A DNA stretch of 64,000 nt from Nitrospirales bacterium (lineage in GTDB: Bacteria; Nitrospirota; Nitrospiria; Nitrospirales; UBA8639): NCBI GenBank assembly GCA_965223295.1, contig CBDCWC010000003.1, positions 672,001 to 736,000 on the forward strand, in the 5' to 3' direction. How positions within the stretch are numbered: position 1 is the stretch's first letter; every line of letters begins with the position of its first letter. Under the pieces are notes generated by a model. It searched no databases. It had not been told where the DNA came from and worked only from the letters and a program-made list of their open reading frames with translations. The translations under genes and the position numbers were made by a program. This document shows positions 1-9,229 of this stretch, piece after piece.

Positions 1-1
1 G

Positions 2-358
2 TTAGAAGCTGTGGGACGTACAAGCGAATCCGGCGTCGCACTAGCACAGCAAGCACTCCAGGGATTTCAGCCCGCGTTAATTTTAAATCGCATGGCAGAC
101 AAATCCCGCATCAACACGCTGCACTTGCAACATTTGCTCAAACAATATGTGGGAACCGACTTGTCTGTTCTTGGCAATATCCCTGAGGACCCCCAGGTGC
201 AGCAGTCCATCTTAAAATACTTGCCCATCGTGGAATTCTCTCCCACTGCGCCGGCCACCTTGGCGTTTGATCAAGTATGCGAAAATGTCTTGAAACTGAT
301 CATGCCACAGAAGAGTTTCGAAGAGAGTCTTGAAGAACCGAGGAAATTACGAGCCTAG
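2..358 (+). CDS. C-terminal part of a MinD/FlhG/ParA-family ATPase (5' end outside window)
   Basis: Frame is open from the window edge; LILNR...LGNIPEDPQV..SI...P.....P..PAT.AF is typical of MinD/FlhG C-termini. Confidence 0.7.
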   Translation, partial: LEAVGRTSESGVALAQQALQGFQPALILNRMADKSRINTLHLQHLLKQYVGTDLSVLGNIPEDPQVQQSILKYLPIVEFSPTAPATLAFDQVCENVLKLIMPQKSFEESLEEPRKLRA

Positions 359-394
359 GGCATTTCGAAATCTTCGGACATCTCAATAAGGACA

Positions 395-1291
395 TCAAGA
401 CGGGTCCGAAGGCAGTAAGTTACGAATCGCATTTGAGAGGGACTTAAGCGTCATCGAGACACTTTCTAACTCAGCGCCTTTTTTCTGCAACTCTGATTGC
501 ATGGTGGAGACTTTATTCACCAATCGATTATGTTCTTTAGAAACTTTTGTAAAATCTTCCAATGATTTTTCCAGCTGCTTGACCTTTTTCTCCAAGCCAC
601 TACGAGCTTTCTCAGTGGATTCTGCCTCCCCCTTCAAGGTCGCTAATTCTGTATTTAAAGAATCAACCATGTTTTCAGCAGATTGCAAATTTCGCTGGGC
701 ATCAGTTTTATCTTCTTCGCTTTCTAGAAATTGTTGGTTAAGCCGATCAATGACACCTGCCCATTCACGAGCCACCCCACCCAGGGAATCTGGTACGGCC
801 GCAAGGGATGATTCCTTCCCCAACCGCGCCACCGCTTGCTGAACCCAATCAATAAATAAGGTTGCCTCACGAAAATTCAAGTCTACCGGTGCGGAAGGCT
901 CCGCAGATGAAGACGAGACATCGGCACGCGGTTCTGGCTCAGGAGATGGCGGGGGAGGAGCGTCTTTTGACGATGTACTGACGGAAGATTCACTATGAAA
1001 CTGTTGTAGTAGGACCGCCACACAATGTCGACAAAATGGCTGTTCTGATGATGGACAGGAACATTTTGTCGACAACGTCCCACCACGTAACTTAATCGTT
1101 TGCGAATAGACGCCGTAGGTACCATTGACTTCGGCCACCACTTGCGTACCATTGGCTTCTAAGATATTGACGCGCTGATCAGAAAAGTACTGATTCCCTA
1201 TTTTAAAGACTTGCCCCCCAACAACAGACTGGACCATATCAGGATCCAATTGGCCAAGTTCTTGTGCAGAACATGAAATTCGGTTTCTCAT
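395..1291 (-). CDS. SWIM zinc-finger protein with Pro/Ser linker and C-terminal coiled coil
   Basis: CSCP-x5-CRH SWIM motif; heptad-rich Glu/Lys/Leu C-terminal half. Confidence 0.8.
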   Translation of the reverse strand: MRNRISCSAQELGQLDPDMVQSVVGGQVFKIGNQYFSDQRVNILEANGTQVVAEVNGTYGVYSQTIKLRGGTLSTKCSCPSSEQPFCRHCVAVLLQQFHSESSVSTSSKDAPPPPSPEPEPRADVSSSSAEPSAPVDLNFREATLFIDWVQQAVARLGKESSLAAVPDSLGGVAREWAGVIDRLNQQFLESEEDKTDAQRNLQSAENMVDSLNTELATLKGEAESTEKARSGLEKKVKQLEKSLEDFTKVSKEHNRLVNKVSTMQSELQKKGAELESVSMTLKSLSNAIRNLLPSDPS

Positions 1292-1497
1292 ATCACCCTC
1301 ACATTAAGAGATAGGAATATATCAATCTTCATGAACGAATCAAGGGGAATATTTCAAAAACAAATTGTACCGAGAATGAACGTAAGAGCCAACCTTTTGA
1401 AGCTTTTCTTTTATAATCTTGATTTCTAATGTTACAGACACAAGCAAGATCCAAAATCTTACCTAAGACAAACGCTCCAACGCTAGCGCGACGAAAA

Positions 1498-1549
1498 GGG
1501 TCAGACTCGATTAAATTGACAGGCGACTAAATTTAATCGAGTCTGACCC
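1498..1549. repeat. REP-like perfect hairpin (GGGTCAGACTCGATT family), copy 1; may act as terminator for tRNA-Lys
   Basis: 20-bp perfect inverted repeat (1498-1517 / 1530-1549); sibling at 58853-58924. Confidence 0.85.
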
Positions 1550-1579
1550 CTTATTAAGAGGAAGGGTATAAGCTAATTC

Positions 1580-1655
1580 TGGTGAGCCGCGAGCGGCTCG
1601 AACGCTCGACCCTCGCCTTAAAAGGGCGATGCTCTACCAACTGAGCTAGCGGCTC
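1580..1655 (-). tRNA. tRNA-Lys(UUU)
   Basis: 76-nt cloverleaf: GAGCCGC/GCGGCTC acceptor, TCGCC-CTTTTAA-GGCGA anticodon arm, TTCG T-loop, encoded CCA. Confidence 0.97.
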
Positions 1656-1665
1656 ACCGAAAACG

Positions 1666-1694
1666 ATGCTAACAATGGTCCTAATCGTTGTCAA
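1666..1694 (-). promoter_or_regulatory. sigma70 promoter of tRNA-Lys
   Basis: TTGACA-N17-TAGCAT about 10 nt upstream of the tRNA 5' end. Confidence 0.7.
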
Positions 1695-1724
1695 ACAACA
1701 GCTGAAAAACCATGTTGAGAGAAA

Positions 1725-3029
1725 TTATTTGGAACGAGCACGCATGAAAGGATTTCGAAGAACGATGGTTTCTTCCCGTCTAGAGCCTGTTGAAATCATG
1801 GCAATAGGACAGGACACGAGTTCTTTGACACGCGCTAAATACTTTTTAGCGGCAGGCGGCAACGCTCGATAGGATGTCACCCCGGTGGTATCGGTTGTCC
1901 AGCCTGGCCAACGTTCGTAAACCGGCCTACAATTCTCCAGCACTTCTAGATCAGCCGGCATTTCCCGATACAACTTTCCTTGATAACGATAGCCCGTACA
2001 GATCTTCAACTCCTGGCAACCATCCAGCACATCCAGTTTCGTCATCGCCAAAGACGTTAAGCCATTCACTCGCACGGCATACCGTAATAACACCACATCA
2101 AGCCAGCCACATCGTCGCGCTCGTCCCGTCGTCGCTCCATACTCATTACCTCGTTTCATAAGTTGGGTGCCCATGGCATCTTCTAACTCTGTGGGGAATG
2201 GCCCACCACCCACTCGAGTGGTATAGGCCTTGGTCACACCTAACACCGCCGAAATATTAGTAGGTCCCACTCCTGTCCCAGTGCAGGCGCCCCCCGAACA
2301 TGAGCTCGACGATGTCACATAGGGATATGTCCCAAAATCGACATCTAGATGCGTGCCTTGAGCTCCCTCGAACAACACTTGTTTTCCACTGGCAAATACG
2401 CGATCAAGGAGCAAAGGTACATCAGCAATATGAGGCCGCAAACGTTCTCCGTAAGCCTGGTATTCTTTAAAGATGGATTGCACGGTGAATCCCTTGGCAT
2501 GATAGATACGCCGCAAAAACGCATTAATCTCCACTAAATTTTCCTGGATTTTTTTCTTCAAGATATCAGGATTCAGCAGATCACCCATGCGGATACCCAC
2601 ACGGGCCATTTTATCCACATACGCCGGACCGATACCCCGACCGGTGGTCCCAATTCGGCGGGCACCCTTCGCTTTCTCTGCCGCCTTATCAATGGCTTTA
2701 TGATAGGGCATGATGACATGAGCTCGTTGACAAATGAGAAATCGCTTGCCAACCACAATGCCCTTTTCCTTCAACCCATCGAGCTCACCGATTAACCCTC
2801 CAGGATCGATCGCGACGCCATTACCCAAAACACACAATTTTCCGCGATAGAGCACCCCTGAAGGAATCAGGTGGAAGATAAAAGTCCCTTTGTCAGTAAT
2901 GACCGTATGTCCGGCATTCGACCCGCCCTGATAACGGACAATCACATCCGCATCTCTGGCAAGCAGGTCAACAATCTTGCCTTTCCCTTCATCACCCCAC
3001 TGTGAACCAACCACGACGAGCGCCGACAT
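1725..3029 (-). CDS. purA: Adenylosuccinate synthetase
   Basis: GSQWGDEGKGK, GGSNAGHT, EGAQG, GATTGR.RRCGW motifs; start moved to ATG 3029, which has a GGAGG RBS. Confidence 0.98.
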   Translation of the reverse strand: MSALVVVGSQWGDEGKGKIVDLLARDADVIVRYQGGSNAGHTVITDKGTFIFHLIPSGVLYRGKLCVLGNGVAIDPGGLIGELDGLKEKGIVVGKRFLICQRAHVIMPYHKAIDKAAEKAKGARRIGTTGRGIGPAYVDKMARVGIRMGDLLNPDILKKKIQENLVEINAFLRRIYHAKGFTVQSIFKEYQAYGERLRPHIADVPLLLDRVFASGKQVLFEGAQGTHLDVDFGTYPYVTSSSSCSGGACTGTGVGPTNISAVLGVTKAYTTRVGGGPFPTELEDAMGTQLMKRGNEYGATTGRARRCGWLDVVLLRYAVRVNGLTSLAMTKLDVLDGCQELKICTGYRYQGKLYREMPADLEVLENCRPVYERWPGWTTDTTGVTSYRALPPAAKKYLARVKELVSCPIAMISTGSRREETIVLRNPFMRARSK

Positions 3030-3169
3030 GGGCACCTCCACGCAATCATAATTATCCGGGCACAAAAAAGCTCTGACGACGACTAAGCCAGAGCGCGACC
3101 GTTTCATCGTAGGTCGCATGTTGCAAATTGTCAACGACGAAATGCACGGCAACACAACCGGCCTGTTTC

Positions 3170-3198
3170 TTGACCACATGCAAAACGCGTGATAGCAT
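3170..3198 (+). promoter_or_regulatory. sigma70 promoter of tRNA-Ala
   Basis: TTGACC-N17-TAGCAT just upstream of the tRNA. Confidence 0.65.
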
Positions 3199-3210
3199 CA
3201 TCTTCGGTAT

Positions 3211-3286
3211 GGGGCTGTGGCGCAGTTGGGAGCGCGCGTGAATGGCATTCACGAGGTCGCCGGTTCAATCCCGGCCAGCTCCACCA
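3211..3286 (+). tRNA. tRNA-Ala(GGC)
   Basis: 76-nt cloverleaf, G3:U70 alanine identity pair, CGTGA-ATGGCAT-TCACG anticodon arm, CCA end. Confidence 0.97.
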
Positions 3287-3382
3287 ACCTTCCTTATTCT
3301 TACGGTTTTCTGACATTCATCCCCGACAGGAGAGAGTCAGTATCATCGGCCTATTGCCGAAACAGAGATTTGTGGTTTCACT

Positions 3383-5245
3383 ATGCTGCATATTGAACGC
3401 CTCACAAAAACCTTTCCGACGAAGCCTTTATTTTTAGAGGCCTCGGCACACCTGAAGCCTAATACTCGAGTAGGGTTAGTCGGACCAAACGGATCCGGAA
3501 AAACCTCGCTCTTACGTATGATCCTCAACGAGAACGATATCGAGAGTGGACGTATCCGAAAACGGCCGCATCTCCGCCTGGGCTATCTCCCGCAGGAATT
3601 AGAAACACTGCCTGGAAATACCATTTTAGATGCCACCCATCGCGATGAATTTCCGGAGTATGAGGCCAAACGCATTCTTTCTGGGCTTGGCTTTCAGGAA
3701 ACAGACTGGGATAGAAAAATCAAAACCCTTTCCGGCGGATATCGCATGCGCGTGGCTTTGGCCTACCTTCTTTTGTCCGCTCCCGACGTCTTGATGTTGG
3801 ACGAGCCCACCAACCACCTTGATAAACCTACACAACGATGGTTAGAAAACTTTCTCCTCAATTCACCATTCACGTTACTCATCATCAGCCACGACATTAA
3901 ATTTCTCGACAAAATGGTGACGCACATCTGGGAAGTCCGCAATCACACCTTGCAAGAATATCGCGGCAACTACACCCGCTTCCAGAAACTCAAAGCTGAA
4001 CGGGATGCGCAGGAAGAAGCGGCCGCCAACCGACAAGCTAAAGAAATTAATCGCGTCCAATCGTTTGTGGATCGATTTCGGTATCAAGCCAATAAAGCCA
4101 CTCAAGTTCAATCGCGCATTAAACAACTGGAAAAGGTCAAGCGCATTGAATTACAGCGCGACGCAAAACGCCTCAAGTTCAAATTTCCTGAACCTCCCGC
4201 AAGCGGAAGAGAAGTCTTGGATCTACAAAATATTCACAAACGATATGGCGAAAAAATTGTCTACCAAGGATTAGATTTTTCCATTGAGCGAAGCCAACGT
4301 GTTGCGTTTGTGGGAGAAAACGGGGCCGGGAAATCAACACTCCTCAAAATGCTCGCTGGCGTTCTAGAGTTTGAAGAAGGCACACGAAATGTCGGGCACG
4401 GCGTCACCATCCATTATTTCGCGCAGCACCAAGCAGAAATTCTTCACCCTGAACATAGCATCTTAGACTCACTGGAGGAAGCCGCTCCTCTAGCCGAACG
4501 AAATTTTCTGCGTGGCCTGGCTGGCGCCTTTCTCTTTTCGGGCGATGATCAACACAAACCCATCAAAGCCTTGAGTGGAGGGGAAAGAAATCGTGTGGCC
4601 CTCGCCCGCATGCTGGTAGAACCAGCCAATACGTTGCTCTTGGATGAGCCGACCAATCACCTAGACCCTGCCTCGGTAGATATGCTGACGGACGCCCTTC
4701 TCCAATTCCCTGGCACAATCGTTTTTATCTCACATGACCCGACATTTCTTATGCGTGTGTCCACACGCGTTGTAGAAATTGATGAAGGCAAGGCCAGAGA
4801 CTATATTGGAGACTATGAATACTATTGCTGGAAACGAGCCAAGGAACTGGAAGACGAAATTCCGCCCGAAGCCAAACCCGAAAAGAAAAAATCTAAGAAA
4901 AAGCAGAAAGCCAACAAGGTCAAACGCACTACCGAGCCGTTTACAAATGGAACCCCCACTGCAACCGGCGCACCCTCAACGACTCCATCTCGACGTGACC
5001 TCTCAAAAAGTATTGCCCGATTAGAAAAACAAGTGGCTAATGCAGAAAAAGAGATTGCCGCGCTTGAAGAACAAATCAAAGCCCGCGACAGGGAACTCGC
5101 GGCCCCCGAAACCTACCAAGATTACTCCCGCTGGAACACCCTCCACCAAGAACGTGAATCATGGGGTCGCCAACTAGATCGTCTCACCCACAAATGGGGT
5201 GACCTCAGTTCCCAATTAGAAAAACAACAATCCCAAATTTCCTAA
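3383..5245 (+). CDS. ABC-F family ribosome-associated ATPase
   Basis: Two NBDs (GPNGSGKT/GENGAGKST, LSGG, LDEPTNHLD), no TM segments, C-terminal coiled coil. Confidence 0.93.
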   Translation: MLHIERLTKTFPTKPLFLEASAHLKPNTRVGLVGPNGSGKTSLLRMILNENDIESGRIRKRPHLRLGYLPQELETLPGNTILDATHRDEFPEYEAKRILSGLGFQETDWDRKIKTLSGGYRMRVALAYLLLSAPDVLMLDEPTNHLDKPTQRWLENFLLNSPFTLLIISHDIKFLDKMVTHIWEVRNHTLQEYRGNYTRFQKLKAERDAQEEAAANRQAKEINRVQSFVDRFRYQANKATQVQSRIKQLEKVKRIELQRDAKRLKFKFPEPPASGREVLDLQNIHKRYGEKIVYQGLDFSIERSQRVAFVGENGAGKSTLLKMLAGVLEFEEGTRNVGHGVTIHYFAQHQAEILHPEHSILDSLEEAAPLAERNFLRGLAGAFLFSGDDQHKPIKALSGGERNRVALARMLVEPANTLLLDEPTNHLDPASVDMLTDALLQFPGTIVFISHDPTFLMRVSTRVVEIDEGKARDYIGDYEYYCWKRAKELEDEIPPEAKPEKKKSKKKQKANKVKRTTEPFTNGTPTATGAPSTTPSRRDLSKSIARLEKQVANAEKEIAALEEQIKARDRELAAPETYQDYSRWNTLHQERESWGRQLDRLTHKWGDLSSQLEKQQSQIS

Positions 5246-5480
5246 ATTCTCTATAAGACCTGTTTTTTTCAATCAGAAAATCATACTAGGAATCGCTTTG
5301 AGCATCCAAGGGCCTAAGACTTTAGGTACTTGGCATGCTCTGCCATATCATCAGGACACTCATAGATACGATGCTAATTTTCTCTTCTATTTCAGACATA
5401 TTAGAAAAATCAGGAATGTCACATGTGGCAATTTGACTTGATAATCTTAATTGCGAAGGCCGGAGATGCTTCCCGCTCAG

Positions 5481-5864
5481 TTAATCTGAATTATACGCCT
5501 CTGATACTGAGAATTCTTTCATGATCTCGGCTATTCCCTCTTCTTCCGCACTCGCAAGTCGTTGCTTGAGAGAAGTAATTTCGTGAGTGCGCTTGAGTAT
5601 GTCCTCCTCTCGAAACGCTTGACGTTGCGAGATCAAGGCCTTCAAGAATCGGATGCGAACTCTGAGTAACCGCTTAGCCAAGTGGAAAACATTCTTTGCC
5701 TTCTTTCGCCGTTTCTCGGAATCAGCCTCTGCCAAGAACGATTGGACTACCTGCTGGACAAGTTGTTCCGCGTCTTTAACAGCGGTTATATGTGTGTATC
5801 CCGTGCCGTAACCTGCCACTGCGCCACCGGAAACCCTCCTCCAAGGATCCCGGTTAATTACCAT
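5481..5864 (-). CDS. Hypothetical helical protein
   Basis: 127-aa ORF in the intergenic islet; no motif recognised; start uncertain. Confidence 0.45.
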   Translation of the reverse strand: MVINRDPWRRVSGGAVAGYGTGYTHITAVKDAEQLVQQVVQSFLAEADSEKRRKKAKNVFHLAKRLLRVRIRFLKALISQRQAFREEDILKRTHEITSLKQRLASAEEEGIAEIMKEFSVSEAYNSD

Positions 5865-6275
5865 GTTGGTCTTTATCGGCTTTTCTTAGGAAGATCTAGA
5901 TCAATTTAAGCCAATTCGATAAGGTCTTAAGCATGCGGTGAAAGAAGCACCTGAAACTTGGGGCATTCGTTTACATTCTCGACAGTTTGGCTATTTCGAA
6001 AATCCAAAAATTTAGCATCCAAACAGCTACTCTAGGCTTAACCCGATAACCGACGCCTGTGGCCCAGCTCCATGAGCAGATACTCCGATTTGGAGTCATG
6101 GCTAGATTTTGTACTCTAGCCATATAAAGGGAAGGTTCCCCCCTATACCTTAGACGTATCTTCCAATCAGTATTGGGGCGCTCTTCCTAGACTTTTCGCA
6201 GCTCTAAGAAATTCATCATTTCCACACAGCAAGGTTTTTCCTATTGTACAGACAACAGATTGATTGTGAGGATGA

Positions 6276-6716
6276 TTAGCTGGGGTCAGGGAAAGGATTG
6301 ACTATCGTCATTGCCCCTATCTGTTGCCCAGCCTGAAGATCTTCGGAATACAGAGTGGTGACTCCACCTCGATTGGCAGCTTCAAGAATGAGAGAATCCC
6401 AAAATGACATTTGATATTTAGCTTGCAGGTCAATAGCATTCAGCACAGATTGTTCATCATTCACGACCACATCCCAGGCACACAGATCTTCAAGGATGGT
6501 GCGGGCTTTTTTCCTATCAATCGGATAAGGAATTTTTTGAGTCAAACTAACGAAGAGTTCTTGAAGAACTTGTGTGCTCAGCACACCAGCTTCTGTATTC
6601 CATAGATTGAGAATAACATCTCTTGCTACTTCTCGTTTTCGCCCAGCCGTTGCATCATGAGCATACACCAGCACATTCGTATCCACAAAAACCTTAGTGG
6701 CGGTCATGAAGCTCAT
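6276..6716 (-). CDS. PIN-domain (VapC-type) toxin
   Basis: FVDTNVLVY, STQVLQE, SFWDSLI, YSEDLQ acidic PIN motifs. Confidence 0.92.
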   Translation of the reverse strand: MSFMTATKVFVDTNVLVYAHDATAGRKREVARDVILNLWNTEAGVLSTQVLQELFVSLTQKIPYPIDRKKARTILEDLCAWDVVVNDEQSVLNAIDLQAKYQMSFWDSLILEAANRGGVTTLYSEDLQAGQQIGAMTIVNPFPDPS

Positions 6717-6939
6717 CTCGGGTAGAGGAAGAATGTCCCTTGGTTCCTAAATTCAACCCCTTTTTGAGTAGCGAGAGATGCCGCTGTTTGGCTTTTTCAT
6801 AGCCTGTTGGTTGCTCAACTCTCCCTCGTAACACTTCTCTCATCAATTCGCTCAGGGACTTCTCTTCTTGAGCCGCCAGAATTTTGGCTTTTCTTAAAAG
6901 GGTTTTGGGAAGAGAAAGTGTGACATTTTGACGATCCAT
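6694..6939 (-). CDS. Ribbon-helix-helix (CopG-like) antitoxin
   Basis: NVTLSLPK.LL..AK..A...KSLSELM RHH pattern; TRDELHDR tail; overlaps the toxin start. Confidence 0.88.
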   Translation of the reverse strand: MDRQNVTLSLPKTLLRKAKILAAQEEKSLSELMREVLRGRVEQPTGYEKAKQRHLSLLKKGLNLGTKGHSSSTRDELHDRH

Positions 6940-6963
6940 GACAGTCTCCTGAAATACATTAAT

Positions 6964-6995
6964 TCACATAATTATGTATATCACATAATTGCGTG
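6964..6995. promoter_or_regulatory. Putative TA autoregulatory operator pair
   Basis: Perfect palindrome ACATAATTATGT (6966-6977) plus degenerate CACATAATTGCGTG (6982-6995) just upstream of the antitoxin. Confidence 0.65.
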
Positions 6996-7251
6996 TACAT
7001 CAAAGTTCCTCTGTAGGCTCAACAAAACCCTGGAGTCATATTAAAACCTCAGCACAGATGTAGGTCTGTACGTGTACTCCAAGCAAGAATGGAATCTGAA
7101 AACACGTAGCCTTTTAGTTGACCCAGCGTCAGCAGACCAACGCATGCTGCTAGACTCTAAAGGTCCGCAGTGCACTCAACCGGCCGCCCTCGCATATAGC
7201 ACACGTCCGCCTAATTTAGATGAGGCCAGACATGGAGTCAATTTGCATATG

Positions 7252-7438
7252 GGGAGTGTTGAATAACGAAGACACCAAAGGCCATTTTTCTCCAGAAAAC
7301 CTCTGGCGATCAACAGCGTCGGGGGCGGTTCAAAAAAATCTGCCCTAAGTCTGTGGAAGGGTTCGTCCCGTCCTGAGGTTTCTCGAGGGAATGACCACAG
7401 CCATTTTGGCCCGCGAAGCGTTCTAACATGACGTGAGC
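7252..7438 (-). mobile_element. Degenerate, truncated long-form MITE (family B) with nested REP-like units
   Basis: 7252-7335 matches the reverse complement of 55478-55561; cagccattttg...acgtgagc matches the family core; the other end is missing next to the asnS stop. Confidence 0.75.
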
Positions 7439-7450
7439 CTGAATGGGTGC

Positions 7451-8752
7451 CTAAGGATAGAGAGTGTAGAGCATTCTGGGGAAGGGGATGGTTTCCCGCA
7501 CATGGTCCAGGCCACAGATCCAAGCCACGACTCGCTCAATTCCCATCCCAAAACCGGCATGCGGTACACTGCCGTACCGCCGTAAATCTACATACCACTT
7601 AAAGGCCTCTTCCGGCAGATCATGGGCTTTAATTTGCTGACGCAGTACTTCAAGATCATGAATGCGTTGGCCTCCTCCTATAATTTCGCCATAGCCTTCT
7701 GGGGCTAACATATCCATGCACAAGGCTAACTCAGGACGTGCTGGATCTTTGGCCATATAAAACGCTTTGGCTGCCGCTGGATAACGGTGGACCAGAACAG
7801 GACGATCAAAAGATTGAGCCAAAATCGTTTCTTGTTCACTCCCGAAATCATCGCCAAATTGAATGTCCACACCTTTTTCTTTGAGCCGGGCAATCGCCTC
7901 TTCATAGGTAATTTGTGGAAAAGGTGGCACCATCGCTTCTAGTGTCGCTATATCCCGCTCAAGAATTTCTAGTTCAGTACGACGATCCTCGAGAACTCGC
8001 TGAATTACAGTTGCCACTAACTCCTCAGCAAGCTGCATCACATCAGATAGTTCGGCAAAGGCAATCTCCGGCTCGACCATCCAAAATTCCATAAGATGCC
8101 GCCGTGTTTTTGATTTTTCCGCTCTAAACGTTGGTCCAAAACAATAGATTTTTCCAAAGGCCATCGCCGCCGCTTCGCCATAGAGCTGGCCGCTTTGCGC
8201 CAAATAGGCAAACTGATCGAAATACTGTGTCTGAAAGAGTGTTGTCGTGCCCTCGCAGGCATTCGGAGTAAAAATTGGCGTATCAATGAGTGTAAAGTCT
8301 CGTTCATCAAAAAAGTTTCGGCAGGTTCGGATGATTTCATGGCGTATCCGTAAAATGGCATGTTGGCGACTAGAACGCAGCCACAGATGCCGATGTTCCA
8401 TTAAAAATCCCACTCCATGTTCTTTTGGTTGAATGGGAAAGGGTTCGGCAAGATGCGCGACTTCGAAATTGACCACATCTAACTCATACCCACCTGGGGC
8501 CCGCGCGTCTTTTCGGGCCAGTCCAGTCATAATAATTGAGGATTCCTGTGTGACTTGCCCACATAACGCAAACTGTTCATCCCCCACCGTCGACTTACTG
8601 ACGATGGCCTGAATATCCCCAGAGCCATCACGAACCGTTAAAAAGCTGAGCTTCCCACTTGAGCGCCGCTGACGAAGCCATCCTTTAATGGTGATTTCTT
8701 GCCCTTCGTATTGGGCAATTTGTTCAATAGTCACCACAGAATGCTGAGACAT
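7451..8752 (-). CDS. asnS: Asparagine--tRNA ligase
   Basis: OB-fold N-terminus, [41 protein letters not shown]. Confidence 0.96.
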   Translation of the reverse strand: MSQHSVVTIEQIAQYEGQEITIKGWLRQRRSSGKLSFLTVRDGSGDIQAIVSKSTVGDEQFALCGQVTQESSIIMTGLARKDARAPGGYELDVVNFEVAHLAEPFPIQPKEHGVGFLMEHRHLWLRSSRQHAILRIRHEIIRTCRNFFDERDFTLIDTPIFTPNACEGTTTLFQTQYFDQFAYLAQSGQLYGEAAAMAFGKIYCFGPTFRAEKSKTRRHLMEFWMVEPEIAFAELSDVMQLAEELVATVIQRVLEDRRTELEILERDIATLEAMVPPFPQITYEEAIARLKEKGVDIQFGDDFGSEQETILAQSFDRPVLVHRYPAAAKAFYMAKDPARPELALCMDMLAPEGYGEIIGGGQRIHDLEVLRQQIKAHDLPEEAFKWYVDLRRYGSVPHAGFGMGIERVVAWICGLDHVRETIPFPRMLYTLYP

Positions 8753-8785
8753 GCTGATTCTCCTTTGGCTCTCACACAGAATAAA

Positions 8786-8815
8786 TTGACACCCAGAAAA
8801 TTCACTGGCTATGAT
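8786..8815 (+). promoter_or_regulatory. sigma70 promoter for the rhodanese gene
   Basis: TTGACA-N18-TATGAT; an opposite-strand TTGACA (8823-8828) faces asnS. Confidence 0.5.
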
Positions 8816-8873
8816 GCTTAATTGTCAAAGGATGTCTTTTTAAAAAAAGTAAAATAAGGGAGGCCCTATACAT

Positions 8874-9194
8874 ATGAGCTATACAATCACCGTGAGTGAA
8901 TTAAAGACACGGCAAGATAAAGGGGATAGTATTTTCTTATTAGACGTGCGTGAACCACATGAATATTCAATGGCCAAAATTGAAGGGTCCGTGCTCATTC
9001 CCTTGGGCGAACTTCCTAATTCCTTAGATAAACTTGATAAGAATAAAGAAATTGTGGCCTATTGCCATAAAGGCATGCGCAGTGCCGATGCCGTAGGCTT
9101 TCTCCTTCAACAAGGGTTTTCAAACGTCAAAAATCTAATTGGAGGAATTGAATCTTGGTCAATAGAAATCGATAACTCTGTGCCACGATACTAG
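8874..9194 (+). CDS. Single-domain rhodanese (sulfurtransferase)
   Basis: LLDVREP.EY, YCHKGMRS active-site loop, NL.GGI..W. Confidence 0.92.
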   Translation: MSYTITVSELKTRQDKGDSIFLLDVREPHEYSMAKIEGSVLIPLGELPNSLDKLDKNKEIVAYCHKGMRSADAVGFLLQQGFSNVKNLIGGIESWSIEIDNSVPRY

Positions 9195-9229
9195 CAGGTC
9201 AGCGAGACCCAGATACCCAGTATATCTCT

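Noticed and set aside
3030-3179. 50-aa N-terminal extension of PurA in the ORF track
   Set aside because: Family homology and a GGAGG RBS place the start at 3029; the extension covers the divergent promoter region
6099-6123. ATGGCTAGA/TCTAGCCAT hairpin
   Set aside because: Single short stem with no T tract and no second copy; cannot be assigned a function
3211-7450. tRNA-Ala-anchored genomic island
   Set aside because: No integrase and no duplicated tRNA 3' end found; the next gene is a housekeeping ABC-F
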